Positions 32,519 to 43,407 are shown, numbered from the stretch's first letter. The stretch: 64,000 nucleotides of DNA from an uncultured delta proteobacterium (GCA_963822965.1 CAWGJT010000005.1:448001-512000); one strand, 5' to 3'. Notes: generated by a model from the sequence alone, not told the origin. Made by a program: numbers and translations.

Positions 32519-33376
32519 ATGACGATCAACTGGTTCCCGGGACACATGAACAAGGCCCGGCGCGAGATCGCCGCCGCCATGCGCCGGACCGACGTCGTGA
32601 TCGAGGTGCTCGACGCGCGCCTGCCCCGGGCCAGCGCGAACCCCATGCTGGCGGAGCTGCGCGGCGAGCGACCCTGCGTCCGGGTGCTCGCCAAGGCCGA
32701 CCTCGCCGACCCCGACGTCACGGCCGCGTGGATCGAATCGCTGTCCGGGGAGGAGAACGTCCGGGTCGTGGCCGTGCGCGCGACGGTGGCGGCGGACGTG
32801 GCGGTGGTTCCGGCCCGCTGCCGCGAGCTCGCGCCGGGTCGCCGCGGCCCGGGCAAGCCCGTGCGAGCCCTGGTGGTCGGCATCCCCAACGTGGGCAAGT
32901 CGACGCTCATCAACAGCCTGAAGGGACGACGCGTGGCCGAGGTCGCCGACCGACCGGCGGTCACGCGCCGGCGCCAGCAGGTCGATCTCGATCTCGGCTT
33001 CTCGCTGTCGGACACGCCCGGCGTGCTGTGGCCCAAGCTCGAGGACCAGCGGGCGGCCCGCTGCCTCGCCGCCAGCGGCGGGGTCGGCGCCGCGGCCTTC
33101 GACCCCTTCGACGTGGCGTACTTCGCGCTGGCGTTCCTGCGCGACCGCTACCCGCACCTGCTGCGCGAGCGCTTCCACCTGGAGTCCCTGGATGGGGAGC
33201 CCCACGAGCTGCTGGAGTCGATCGCACGCGCCCGGGGCCTGCTGCTGCGCGGAGGACGTCTCGACGTCGATCGCGCCGCCGACGTGTTCCTGCGAGAGCT
33301 GCGCAGCGGAAAGCTCGGCCGCATCAGCTTCGAGCGACCAGGCGACGAGGATGCGGAGCGCGACCCGGGCCTCTAG
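32519..33376 (+). CDS. rbgA: Ribosome biogenesis GTPase RbgA/YlqF
   Basis: INWFPGHMNKA, DARLP, GIPNVGKSTLIN, DTPGVLWPK, ELRSGKLGRI. Confidence 0.93.
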   Translation: MTINWFPGHMNKARREIAAAMRRTDVVIEVLDARLPRASANPMLAELRGERPCVRVLAKADLADPDVTAAWIESLSGEENVRVVAVRATVAADVAVVPARCRELAPGRRGPGKPVRALVVGIPNVGKSTLINSLKGRRVAEVADRPAVTRRRQQVDLDLGFSLSDTPGVLWPKLEDQRAARCLAASGGVGAAAFDPFDVAYFALAFLRDRYPHLLRERFHLESLDGEPHELLESIARARGLLLRGGRLDVDRAADVFLRELRSGKLGRISFERPGDEDAERDPGL

Positions 33377-33430
33377 CCCCAATGCGTCATTCAGGGGTGC
33401 TTCTTGCGTGCCGTTGCGGATCAGGGCTAG

Positions 33431-33483
33431 GAGCCCGACCCGGGATGGGTCGGCTCGCGCCGCAACCGAATCCTGCGGATTCG
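33431..33483. terminator. Two GC-rich hairpins between convergent rbgA and rsgA
   Basis: CCGACCC-ggga-tGGGTCGG and CGAATCC-tgc-GGATTCG inverted repeats; no clear U-tract. Confidence 0.35.
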
Positions 33484-33487
33484 TCCG

Positions 33488-34429
33488 CTAGGAGCGGCGG
33501 ACCCGGTCGCTGGCGGCCGCGCGCTCGAGATCGGCGAGCAGGTGGAGGTAGGCCTGGTGGCGCGCGGGATCGATCTCCCCCGCCGCGACGGCGGCAGTGA
33601 CGCTGCAGCCGGGCTCCTCCCGGTGCAGGCAGTCGCGGAAGCGACAGCCCCGCGCCAGGGCGCTCTCGAAGCCCGGGAAGTGGCGTGCCATCTCCGCAGG
33701 GGCGACATCCACGGGAACGAAGTCGCGGAAGCCGGGGGTGTCGATGAGCTCGCCGCCCCCCGGCAGCACATGCAGCGTCGCGCGCGTGGTCACGTGTCGG
33801 CCCAGGCGCGTGAAGCGATTGATCTCCCCCACGTCGAGCTCGAGGCCCGGAACCAGCGCGTTCAGCAGCGAGCTCTTGCCCACCCCCGACGTCCCGATGA
33901 AGGCGGCTCGCCGGGGGGCCGGCGCGCCGTCCGGGTCCGGCGGATCGCCGGCCAGGAACGCGCGCAGCGCGTCGAGGCCCAGGCCCGAGGTGGCGCTCAC
34001 CGCGAACACCGGCAGCCCGAAGGGGCCACCCGCGTAGGTGGCGCGAACCCGGTCCGCCAGCAGCCGGGAGTCCTGCTCGTCGCACTTGTTGACCACCAGG
34101 AAGGGATCGATTCCCGCGGCCCGCGCCGCCACGATGCCCCGGTCCACATAGCCCCGGGGCGGGGGCGGCTGCGCGGCGATCGTCACACCGAGGGCGTCGA
34201 GGTTGGCCGCCACCGCACGGGTGCGGTCGCGCGCGTCGCGCCGGGCGAGCACGGTCCGGCGCGGCAGCGGCTCCGCACCCCGGGCCGAGAGCCGTACCCG
34301 GTCCCCCACCACCAGGGGCGAGCGGCTGCGCCGAACGCGCACCCGGCGACGCTCGCCGTCGTCGAGCGCCACCTCGACGTCGAGACCGAAGTGCCCGATC
34401 ACGACCCCCGTCGAATCGCTGCCGCTCAT
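33488..34429 (-). CDS. rsgA: Small-subunit-dependent GTPase RsgA
   Basis: VVGDRV, ANLD, NKCD, GTSGVGKSSLLN, GRHVTT, DTPG, zinc finger CRFRDCLHREEPGC. Confidence 0.93.
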   Translation of the reverse strand: MSGSDSTGVVIGHFGLDVEVALDDGERRRVRVRRSRSPLVVGDRVRLSARGAEPLPRRTVLARRDARDRTRAVAANLDALGVTIAAQPPPPRGYVDRGIVAARAAGIDPFLVVNKCDEQDSRLLADRVRATYAGGPFGLPVFAVSATSGLGLDALRAFLAGDPPDPDGAPAPRRAAFIGTSGVGKSSLLNALVPGLELDVGEINRFTRLGRHVTTRATLHVLPGGGELIDTPGFRDFVPVDVAPAEMARHFPGFESALARGCRFRDCLHREEPGCSVTAAVAAGEIDPARHQAYLHLLADLERAAASDRVRRS

Positions 34430-36264
34430 CGGGGAGACCACAGGGCGTCCCGCAGCCCCGAGGCGCGCGCGACGCGCGACGCGAGTGCGGCGCGCAGCAC
34501 CGGCTCGCTCGCATGGACGACCACCCGCCGGCGCGCCCGGGTCACCGCCGTGTAGACGAGCTCGCGCGTCACCAGGGGAACCGGCGCGTCGGGCAGCACC
34601 AGCGCCACCTCGTCGAGCTCCGAGCCCTGGCTCTTGTGGACGCTCATGGCGAAGACGGGCTCGTGGGGCGGCAGGCGCGACGGACCCAGCTCGCGCAGCG
34701 CGCCGTCCGCCGTGCGGAAGACGGCCCGCAGGGCTCCCGGCCGGCCGTCCGGCTGCGCCCCGCGCTGGAGCACGCCCACGTCCCCGTTCCAGAGTCCGAT
34801 CTCCGGAGCGTTGCGGGTCACCAGCACGGGCCGCCCCGCGGCTTCGACGCCCGCCCCGTACCGCCTGGCTTCCAGGAGCCCGGCGGCGACCAGCAGCTCG
34901 TCGGCGGCGCGGTTCATCCGCAGCACCCCGAACGGTCCTTCGCGCAGGGCGCACAGCACCCGGAAGCCGTCGAGCGCCGCCAGCCGCGCTGTCGCGTCCG
35001 CGGCCCGTGCGAAGGGGCCGTAGCCTGCCAGCAGCGCCTGCTCCATCGGCTCGCCCAGGCGCGAGCGCCCGACCGGCGGGGCGAGCGCCACGTCCGGCAG
35101 ACTCTCGTCGACGAGCACGGCGAGCGCCGCCTCGGCGTCCCCCGTGCGCACGGCTTCCGCCAGGGCGCGGATGCCGCTCTCGGCCCCGTAGCGGTGGCTC
35201 GTGCGAAGGGTGACGACACAGGCGCGGATCGGAGCCGCGGCCGCCGTCCCCGGACCGGGCGGCTCCGAGCCGCCGCAGACGTCGGAGAAGACCGACCCCG
35301 CCTCCACGGAGGCGAGCTGGTCGGCGTCTCCCAGCAACACGAGACGCGCCTCGTCGGGAAGCGCCCGCAGCAGCCGATCCATCAGAGCGAGGTCGATCAT
35401 CGACGCCTCGTCGACGAGCACCACGTCGAAGCGCAGACGCACGGGAGCCGCCCTGCGCCGCAGGCGCCGCGCGTCGAGGCGCAGCAGCCGGTGGAGCGTG
35501 GTGGCCTGGCGGGGAATCGCCTCGCGCACAGCGTCGGAGACCGGCAGGCCCGGCAGCATCCGCGCGATGGATTCGGCCAGGCGGGCTGCGGCCTTGCCGG
35601 TGGGAGCGGCCAGGGCGATGCGGGGCGCCGGGAGCCCCGCACGCAGCGCGCAGTCGACCTGCACCGCGAGCAGCCGGGCCGCGGTGGTGGTCTTGCCGGT
35701 TCCCGGGCCCCCGGAGACCACGCACAGGCGGCGATTCGCGGCGACCGCGCAGGCGTCGCGCGGCCCGTCTGGCCCTCCGGCCGGCACCAGGTGCTCGAGG
35801 CTCGCGTGCAGGATCTCCGGATCGACGAGAGGCGCTTCGCCGCAACGCGCGACCAGCGCGTCGGCCACCCGCTGCTGGTGGCGGAAGAAGCGCTGCAGGT
35901 ACAGGCGCCCGCTCGCGTCGAGCACCAGCGGACGATCGGCCGACTCCCCAGCGGGTTGCGCCACGAGCGGGCTGTCGGCGAGGGCCGCCAGCCAGCCTTC
36001 GAGGGGCGGCCAGACCGGGACGGCCTCGTCCCGGTCGCCCGCCGCCGGAAGCCCTTCCGGCGCGGCCGCTCGCGCCAGTGCCGGCAGGTCGACACAGACG
36101 TCTCCCCGGGCCATCTGCCGGCTCGCCAGCGCCGCAGCCAGCAGCACCTCCGGGCGGGACTCCCCCGACAGGCGCGCGAGACTGCGCGCGAAGGCGAGAT
36201 CGAGGGCGGAGATCTCGCCCCGGGCGCACAGTGCGTCGAGCCGCGGCATGGGCTCGGGGCTCAC
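34426..36264 (-). CDS. recD: Exodeoxyribonuclease V alpha subunit RecD
   Basis: GRLYLQRF, SGGPGTGKTT, APTGKAAARL, VDEASMIDL, GDADQLASVEAG, MSVHKSQGSE, YTAVTRAR. Confidence 0.95.
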   Translation of the reverse strand: MSPEPMPRLDALCARGEISALDLAFARSLARLSGESRPEVLLAAALASRQMARGDVCVDLPALARAAAPEGLPAAGDRDEAVPVWPPLEGWLAALADSPLVAQPAGESADRPLVLDASGRLYLQRFFRHQQRVADALVARCGEAPLVDPEILHASLEHLVPAGGPDGPRDACAVAANRRLCVVSGGPGTGKTTTAARLLAVQVDCALRAGLPAPRIALAAPTGKAAARLAESIARMLPGLPVSDAVREAIPRQATTLHRLLRLDARRLRRRAAPVRLRFDVVLVDEASMIDLALMDRLLRALPDEARLVLLGDADQLASVEAGSVFSDVCGGSEPPGPGTAAAAPIRACVVTLRTSHRYGAESGIRALAEAVRTGDAEAALAVLVDESLPDVALAPPVGRSRLGEPMEQALLAGYGPFARAADATARLAALDGFRVLCALREGPFGVLRMNRAADELLVAAGLLEARRYGAGVEAAGRPVLVTRNAPEIGLWNGDVGVLQRGAQPDGRPGALRAVFRTADGALRELGPSRLPPHEPVFAMSVHKSQGSELDEVALVLPDAPVPLVTRELVYTAVTRARRRVVVHASEPVLRAALASRVARASGLRDALWSPR

Positions 36265-39200
36265 GAGAGCTGCTCCTCGAGCGCTTCCACGAGGGCGCGC
36301 GGCGGGCGGTCGTGAAACACCCCGCGTGCCGGCGGGTGCCGGGGGGACATGCCGCGCACGAACAGGTACCAGGCGCCCCCCACGTGGCGGTCGTAGTCGT
36401 AGCCCGGAAGCCGCTGACGCAGGTGACGGTGGAGCGCGACGAGATAGAGGTGGTACTGCAGCACGTAGTCGTGCTCGAGCATCGAGCGGGCCAGGGCGTC
36501 GGGCTCGTAGTCCCCGGGCGACGGTCCCAGCCAGTTCGACTTGTAGTCGACCACGTGGAAGCAGCCGTCGCGCCGGAACACCAGGTCGACGTAGCCCCGC
36601 AGATAGCCTTCGAGCGCCGGAAAGCCGAGCCGCGCGGTGCGCTCCGCGTAGCGCCGGGTCACGGCGCTGGTGGCGTGGCGCTCGAACGCCGCGGCGAGAC
36701 CTTCGGGCGTGAGCCGGGGGCCGCCGCGGGGCCCGGCGGCGACCGGCAACACGAAGTCCATCTCGTCCACGCGATCCGCGCGCGACACGACGGCGAGCCG
36801 GCTGGCCGGCTCGCCGGGATCCAGCGGAACCGCGAGCACGTCGCGGATGGCGGCGGCCAGCGGCTGGCGCCACTGCGCCCCGATTCCCCGGCGCGCGAGC
36901 CCGTCGGCGACGAGCGTGTCGAGCTCCGAGGCCTCGGCCCGGGGCGGGAGCGCGGCCGTCGGGAAGTCGATCCGCTCGAAGATCTCGTGAAGGAGGATTC
37001 CCGGCGTCACGCCGGCCGGGAAGTCGGCCAGGCGGACCCGCTCGTCCGCGCGCGGCCCCTCCGCCCCGCTGGCCGGCGTGGCCTCGCCCGCGAGACGCGC
37101 GTCGTAGTCCCGTCCCTCTTCGGTCTCCGGATCGAGGCGCGCCGCGGCCGCTCCCGCTCCTTCCGAGTCCGCCGGCGCCCCGGCGATCAGGCCCGAGAAG
37201 CTCGAGACCCGCCACGCCCCCGAGAAGCGACGCGTGGCGCGGCGACTCGCGAGCGCTTCCGCGGCGCCCGGGTCGGTGCCTCCCGATGCGACGAGCACGA
37301 GTCCCGGCGTGGCGTCGAAGGGCTCGACGGTGATCGTCCCCGGTGCCCGATCGGCCAGCGCCCGGAGCTGGGAGAGGAGCGATTCGTCCGTGCGCCGCTC
37401 GAAGCGCTTCTCGTCCGGAAGCGCGAGGCCGGCCGCCTGCGGAAGCGCGGGGTCGGCCTCGGGTGCAGGGTGCAGCAGGTGGCCCAGGGGCGAGGTGCCG
37501 GCCTTCGAGAAGGCGCCCCAGACCACCGAGCAGTGGTGCCGCGCGCGGGTCAGCGCCACGTAGAGGATGCGAAGGTTCTCGGCGAACGACTCCTCGCGCG
37601 CCAGTCGCCGGCTCTCCCCCTGCTTGTCCGGACGCAGGTCCAGCTGGAGCCGCCCGCTCTCGGGGTCGTGGAAGGCCAGCAGGCTCGGGTTGGCCTCGCC
37701 GACCTTCCCCTCCCACAGGAAGGGGCACACGGTGACCGGATACTGGAGACCCTTGCTGCGATGGATGGTGACGAGCTGCACCGCGGCGGCGTCGCTCTCC
37801 AGGCGGAGCTGCGCCTCCTCGGCCGTCCAGCGCCGGCCGTCGCGTGCCTCCAGGCGCCGGTGGGCGAACCAGTGGAGCAGCGCGAGCGGGCCGAAGCGGC
37901 CCTCCAGAGCCGCCTGCTGCAGCAGCTCTGCGAGATGCAGCAGGTTCGTCACCCGGCGCTCGCCGTCGGCACGTGCCAGCAGCCGCACGCCGACACCCTG
38001 CTCGGCCCACAGCCCGCGAAACGCCTGGACGAAGCCCCGCTCGGTCCAGGCGCGACGGGCCGCGCGAAAGCAGGCACCCCAGGATTCCCAGCCGCCTGCG
38101 TCCTCGCCGTCCGCGGCAAGCGCGACGAGCTCGCCGGCGGAGCTCGACAGCAGGGTCGTGGCCAGCGCGGCCCGCAGGCGCGCCGGATCCTCGGGCTCGG
38201 CCATGGCCCGCATGACGCGCTCGAGCTCCGCCGCCTCGTCGGTGCCGAGGACGCTCTCCTCGCTCTGCAGCACGCTCACGATGCCGAGCTCGCGCAACGC
38301 GGACTGGACGTTGCGGGCCTGCTCGTTCTTGCGGGTCAGCACGGCGACGTCGCCCGACGCCAGGGGCCGCTCGTCGATGCGGAGATCCGACGCGAGCAGC
38401 CGGGCCACCTCGCCGGCCACGGCCCGCTCGAGGGATCGCCCGGCGCGCGCGGCGGCGATCGACGACTCTTCCCCCTCCCGGTGGACGAAGAGCACCCGCA
38501 GCCCGCTCCCCGGGCCCTCGCCCGCCAGGTGGTCGCGGGCAGCCGGCGCCGGCTCGATGGTCTGGAATCGGATGCGGTCGTTCGCGAAGGGATCGGGATT
38601 CGAGCCGAAGGCCGCGTTCAGGGCGGCGACCAGCGAAGGATCCGCGCGGTAGTTGCGGTCGAGCGCGTGGACGTCGTCCCCGGCGTCGCCGCGCGCCTCG
38701 AGGTAGGCGTAGACGTCGGCGCCCCGGAAGCCGTAGATGGCCTGCTTGGGGTCGCCGATCAGGCAGAGCAGCGGATCGGCCTCGCCCCTGGCGGGCTCGT
38801 GCCAGATGCGACGGAAGATCTCGTACTGGATCGGGTCCGTGTCCTGGAACTCGTCGATCAGCGCCACCGGGTGGCGGCGGCGGATGGCGGACACGAGCGC
38901 CTCCCCCCTTCACCGGCCAGGGCATCCCGCAGGCCCACCAGCAGGTCGTCGAAGAAGAGCGCGTTGCGCCTCCGCTTGCGCCGCGCGAGCTCCTGCCGCG
39001 CCCAGGCGACGAAGTCGTGCTCGAGGGCCAGACGAACGCCGTCGAAGGCCTCGAGCAGCTGCCGGTCCAGGGCGAGCAGCGCGTCGCAGCGATCGAAGAA
39101 GGGATGATCCGGCAGCGGCGCGTCCGGCTTCTTGTGGTATCTGCGAAGCTCGCTGCGGGTGAAGCGCACGATGTATTCCCAGCGACCCTCCAGGCCGGGG

Positions 39201-40057
39201 ACGCAATCACCCAGCAGGCCGTCCATCGCGAGTGTCCACTTCTCCGCCATGCGCTTCGGGCTGTAGTTCCGGCCGTCGATCACCTTGCGCCGGGACGCGT
39301 CGACGAGCTGCCCGACGATCTCCTCCCGGGATGCGGACCACAGAGCCGCCACCTCGCGAAACACCTCGTGCCAGCGCTCCTCGAGGGCCGCCACGTCGGG
39401 CGGCTCCGGTCGCTCGGGCTGCAGGACGACGTCGGGACGCGCCGTCACCCGGCGCGCCAGCTCCACCAGGCGTGCCGGCGTGAGCGCCGCCGACACCTCG
39501 CGCGCGAGATCGTGCGGCGCCGTGTAGAACGTCCGGGCGTAGAAGTCGGCCGCCACCTCCTCCAGCAGCGCGGACTGGTCGCTCAGCAGCTCGCTGTCGA
39601 AGGAGGAGCCACTCTCGAACGCGTGCTCGCCCAGGGCGCGCTGGCAGAAGCCGTGGATGGTGAAGACGGCGGCGCGGTCGAAGCTGCGGACCGCCAGCAC
39701 CACGCGAGCCAGGTCCGCCGGCCCTTGCCCCGCCGCGACGCGCGTGCGGGCCAGCTCGAGGTCCCAGTCCTCGGTGGTGTGCGGTGGCCCGACCTCGTCC
39801 GCAAGCAGGCGCCGGAGCCAGCCCTCGAGACCGACGAGGCGCTCGCGGATGCGATCCCGCAGCTCCGCGGTGGCCGCCACCGTGTACGTCACCACGAGGA
39901 TCCGCTCGACCGGCAGCTCGCGCTCGAGCAGCAGCCGCAGGTAGATCGAGACGATCGTATGGGTCTTGCCCGTTCCGGCCGCCGCCTCGATGAGATGCGT
40001 CCCGTCCAGGCGGAGATCGGCGGCCAGATCGCGTGCGCCTTCGCTTGCGGTCCTCAT
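36261..40057 (-). CDS. recB: Exodeoxyribonuclease V beta subunit RecB (one frameshift near 38900-38910)
   Basis: IEAAAGTGKT, FTIHGFC, LIDEFQDTD, IGDPKQAIYGFRGAD, TIHRSKGL, YVALTRA, nuclease GYVDLVF...VDYKSN. Confidence 0.95.
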
Positions 40058-43000
40058 CTCGCACCCTTCGCGACGAGATAGGGCTCGTAGATGCGTCGCA
40101 CCAGGGACAGGAAGGTCTCGCCGCCGGGCAGGGGCGTGGCCGGGTCCAGGGGATCGACGTCGCGAAACGCCTGGGCGAGGTAGACCTCGTTGCGGTCGGC
40201 TCCCCCGACGAAGTCCGTGCTCGGCTCCCAGGCCCGACGCGCGCTGGCGGCCACCCCTCCGTCCCAGCCGTGCTTCACCGCGTACTCCGCCTGCTTCTCC
40301 GAGGCGTCCCGGAGCGCCGGCAGGGGCACGCGCTGCCCCAGGGCGTAGAGGTCCAGCAGGTCCACCAGCAGGCGCTCGGGCTGGTCGACCTCCGCCAGCT
40401 CCACCACGTCGGCGCTTCCGTCCTTCGCGCGTGCCACCAGGGCGCTGCGGCATGGCACCCCCGGCGGCCCGAGCCAGCAGAGCACGAGGTGCTGGATCCA
40501 CAGCCCGATCTCCCCGCGCAGGCGGCGCTGGGAGTACTGCACCACCACCCGCCCGCCCGGCCACAGCTCGCCGAGCTCGCCCGCGAGCCGCCAGGAGCCG
40601 AGCGAGCGATCGAAGGGCACGGCGGGCAGCGGCCCGCCGCCGCGAAGCGCGGCGGTCTCGACGAGCAGGTTTCGAACCCGCCCGGCCAGCTCGTCCCCCG
40701 CCAGCTCGCCGAGCGTGCCGGGCGGGAGCGCGCCCCGGGCGCGAAGGAGCTCGCGTGCCTCGTGCTCGGGCACGCCGGCCAGCTCCCGTCGCAGGAGGTC
40801 GTCTCCCAGCTTCCACTGCTCGAGGAAGTCGAGCTGCAGCGGCTCCCGGTCCTCCAGCACCTCCAGCTCGTCGCCCAGGTAGAGGCCGAGCCGGCGCTGG
40901 AGGAAGAAGCGCACCGGGTGCTCGACGAAGCGCAGGAGGTCGGCCAGCTCGACGGTCCCTCCCGGCGAGACGTCCTCGGGCAGCGGCTCGCCGACGAAGG
41001 GCCCGGCCGCGGAGCGCGGCCGCAGCAGCGCGCGCGCTCCCTCGCACTCGCTCGCCGAGTAGCTGAAGAGATCTCCCGGCGAGGCGGGATCGAAGTAGCG
41101 GGAGCTGAACCCGTGCAGGGGATGCTCGCGCACCCCGGTGGCCCGGACGTCCTCCGGCGCGGCGGTGCCTTCCTGGCGAGCCAGCTCCTCCAGCAGCTCG
41201 GCCACCACCACCGACGGCGCCCGCGGCGAGCCGTCCCGCAGGCTGCGCCCGGCGTAGGTGATGACCAGGTGCTGGCGCGCCGAGATCACCGCCTCCAGGA
41301 ACAGGTGGCGATCGTCGTCGCGCCCGGTGCGATCGCCGGGCCGCGGGTCCCGGGCCATCAGGTCGAAGCCCTGGGGCGGACGCGTGCGCGGAAAGGCGTC
41401 GTCGTTCATGCCCACCAGCGCCACCACCCGGAACGGAATGCTCCGCATCGGAACCAGCTCGCAGAAGGTGACCCCGCCCGACAGGAACCCGTGGGAGCTC
41501 CCGGCTCGCGCGAGCTCGGCCTCGAGCTGGCGGCGCAGGCTCACGAGGGAGATCGGCTCGTCGAACCCGGCCTGCCGCGCCCGGCTCGCCAGCTCGTCGA
41601 GCATGCTCCGCAGCCACGCGCGCTGGCCCGCCCCGTCGTCCGCGGAGTCGATCAGCTCGTCGAGGAGCCCGGCCAGGGCCTCGCTCCAGGACGCCAGGGA
41701 ACGCGCCCCCGACAGGGATTCCCGCAGCGCCAGCAAGCACTCGCAGAACGCGACGAACGACCCGAGGAGACCCGCACGGCCGGGCTGGACGTCCGGGGCC
41801 GGCAGGGTGCCGGCGAAGAGCCGGTCCTCGACGGGCATCGCCAGGCCGAGCAGCAGTCGGTCGAGACCCTGGCGCCAGGTGTTCTGGTGCAGCGCGGGCT
41901 GGCCCGCCTCGGCCCGGTGCTGCGCATCGGCCCCCCAGCGAATCCCGGCGTCCCGGATCCAGGCCTGCAGCACGTCGAGGTCGGCGGTCTCGATGCCGAA
42001 GCGGCGGCGAATGCGCTCGACCAGCAGCAGGTCGACCACCGTGCTGGCTTCGAGCCGTCCCGAGAGCGCGTCGAGAATGCGCGAGAAGGCGTCGACCACG
42101 TCGTAGGTCGCACGGATCCTGCGGTCGGCCAGCCGGAACCCGATGCGCGGTCGCTCGCCGGAGCCGGGCTCGCCCCCGGCGCCGAACACCGCCTCGACGA
42201 ACGGCGCATAGCGCTCGATGTCCGGCGTCATCACCACCACGTCCCGGGGCTCGAGGGTGGGATCCGCCTCGAACAGATCGGTCAGGCGATCGTGCAGCAC
42301 CTCGATCTCGCGCAGCGGTCCGCGACAGGCGTGCACCTGGATGGAGCGATCGTCGGCCGGGCCCGAGCCGTCGGCGCCGGGAGCGGGCGCCCCGCCGGTC
42401 AGCACCGCCTGCTGCACGGCCGCCAGGCGCGTGGCGCGCCCGGGATCGGCATCGACCGCCCGCTGCCGTGACGGGCCGAAGCCCCGGGCGCCCAGCACCT
42501 CGTGGAACTGGCGGCCCACGCTTCCGAGGGAGGTCCACAGCGGATTCGCGGGCCCGGCCTCCTCCAACGGATCGCGCGCGCAGCGCAGCACGAACAGGTG
42601 CAGCTCCAGGTGGCGCGACAACGCGGCCAGCACGTCGACGTAGAGCGGCGGGAGCGTGGTGATGCCGAACAGGAAGAGGCGCCGGGGGAGCCCCGGAAGC
42701 GGCCCCTCGCCGGCGACGGCGATCGCCTCCCGAAACGCTTCGGCCCGCGCCGCCACGTGGTGACGGCCGTGCCTGGCCACGAGCTCCCGCCACAGGATCG
42801 CCTGCCAGCGTGCGTCGTCGGGCAAGGTCTCCTCGCCCCGCTCCCAGGCGGCGATCATCTCGGGCCGGTGGATCGCGTATCGATCCAGGGTCTCGGCCAC
42901 GCGGGCGGCCAGCTGGATGCGGCCCTCGCCCTCGGGATCGTCGAGCAGGAAGCGGCGCAACGGGTCGAGCTCGGGCCGCGCGAGCAGGCCGGGCAGCAGG

Positions 43001-43308
43001 GCGGCGATCGACCAGGTCATGGACGCGGGCTCGAAGCAGCGAGCCGCATCGTCCCGGGGCTCCAGCACGGCGTCGAACACCTGCTCGAGGAGCCGGCGCG
43101 GGAACGGGAAGCGCGCGTTCGCAAACACGCCGAGCCGCCGGGCCAGCTCCATGGCGAGCCAACGCTCGATGCCCCGCCCCTGGACGGCGATCGTCTCGGG
43201 CCGCAGCGGCGCGTCCTCCACGGGCTCGCAGGGCTGGGCGACCCGCTCGGAGAGCACCCGCACCAGCTCCTCGATGCGGTTTCCCGCGTGGACGGTCAGT
43301 CCTTCCAG
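40054..43308 (-). CDS. recC: Exodeoxyribonuclease V gamma subunit RecC (start CTG 43308 or GTG 43263)
   Basis: VHAGNRIEEL, NPLWTSLGSVGRQF, VHACRGPLREIEVLHD, VMTPDIERYAP, PMRSIPFRVV, DDDRHLFLEA. Confidence 0.95.
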   Translation of the reverse strand: MEGLTVHAGNRIEELVRVLSERVAQPCEPVEDAPLRPETIAVQGRGIERWLAMELARRLGVFANARFPFPRRLLEQVFDAVLEPRDDAARCFEPASMTWSIAALLPGLLARPELDPLRRFLLDDPEGEGRIQLAARVAETLDRYAIHRPEMIAAWERGEETLPDDARWQAILWRELVARHGRHHVAARAEAFREAIAVAGEGPLPGLPRRLFLFGITTLPPLYVDVLAALSRHLELHLFVLRCARDPLEEAGPANPLWTSLGSVGRQFHEVLGARGFGPSRQRAVDADPGRATRLAAVQQAVLTGGAPAPGADGSGPADDRSIQVHACRGPLREIEVLHDRLTDLFEADPTLEPRDVVVMTPDIERYAPFVEAVFGAGGEPGSGERPRIGFRLADRRIRATYDVVDAFSRILDALSGRLEASTVVDLLLVERIRRRFGIETADLDVLQAWIRDAGIRWGADAQHRAEAGQPALHQNTWRQGLDRLLLGLAMPVEDRLFAGTLPAPDVQPGRAGLLGSFVAFCECLLALRESLSGARSLASWSEALAGLLDELIDSADDGAGQRAWLRSMLDELASRARQAGFDEPISLVSLRRQLEAELARAGSSHGFLSGGVTFCELVPMRSIPFRVVALVGMNDDAFPRTRPPQGFDLMARDPRPGDRTGRDDDRHLFLEAVISARQHLVITYAGRSLRDGSPRAPSVVVAELLEELARQEGTAAPEDVRATGVREHPLHGFSSRYFDPASPGDLFSYSASECEGARALLRPRSAAGPFVGEPLPEDVSPGGTVELADLLRFVEHPVRFFLQRRLGLYLGDELEVLEDREPLQLDFLEQWKLGDDLLRRELAGVPEHEARELLRARGALPPGTLGELAGDELAGRVRNLLVETAALRGGGPLPAVPFDRSLGSWRLAGELGELWPGGRVVVQYSQRRLRGEIGLWIQHLVLCWLGPPGVPCRSALVARAKDGSADVVELAEVDQPERLLVDLLDLYALGQRVPLPALRDASEKQAEYAVKHGWDGGVAASARRAWEPSTDFVGGADRNEVYLAQAFRDVDPLDPATPLPGGETFLSLVRRIYEPYLVAKGAR

Positions 43309-43385
43309 CTCTCAACTCCTCGGAAACGAACGGCTTTCATGAATTCTTCCGAGAGGCCCCCGCGGGTTCTCGTTCCTGAAAACCA

Positions 43386-43407
43386 TGAAAACGACATTGA
43401 TTTTCAA
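43386..43407. promoter_or_regulatory. Fur-like palindromic operator upstream of bfd-bfr
   Basis: AT-rich TGAAAACGACATTGATTTTCAA with TGAAAA/TTTTCA dyad in a GC-rich context; the 19-mer GAAAACGACATTGATTTTC matches GATAATGATAATCATTATC at 13/19. Confidence 0.7.

Noticed and set aside
32680..32705. RbgA G4 motif reads AKAD rather than NKxD
   Set aside because: It is a single substitution with all other motifs intact, which is not enough to claim altered function without an alignment.
38895..38912. recB split as programmed frameshifting or phase variation
   Set aside because: The break lies by a short homopolymer run in an assembly with many indel errors, so sequencing error is the simpler explanation.
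34426..43315. Apparent giant or fused ORFs in the rec locus (1594 aa and 1485 aa)
   Set aside because: These are stop-free off-frame extensions joined to recD and to the recB N-terminal fragment. The real genes are canonical recC, recB and recD.
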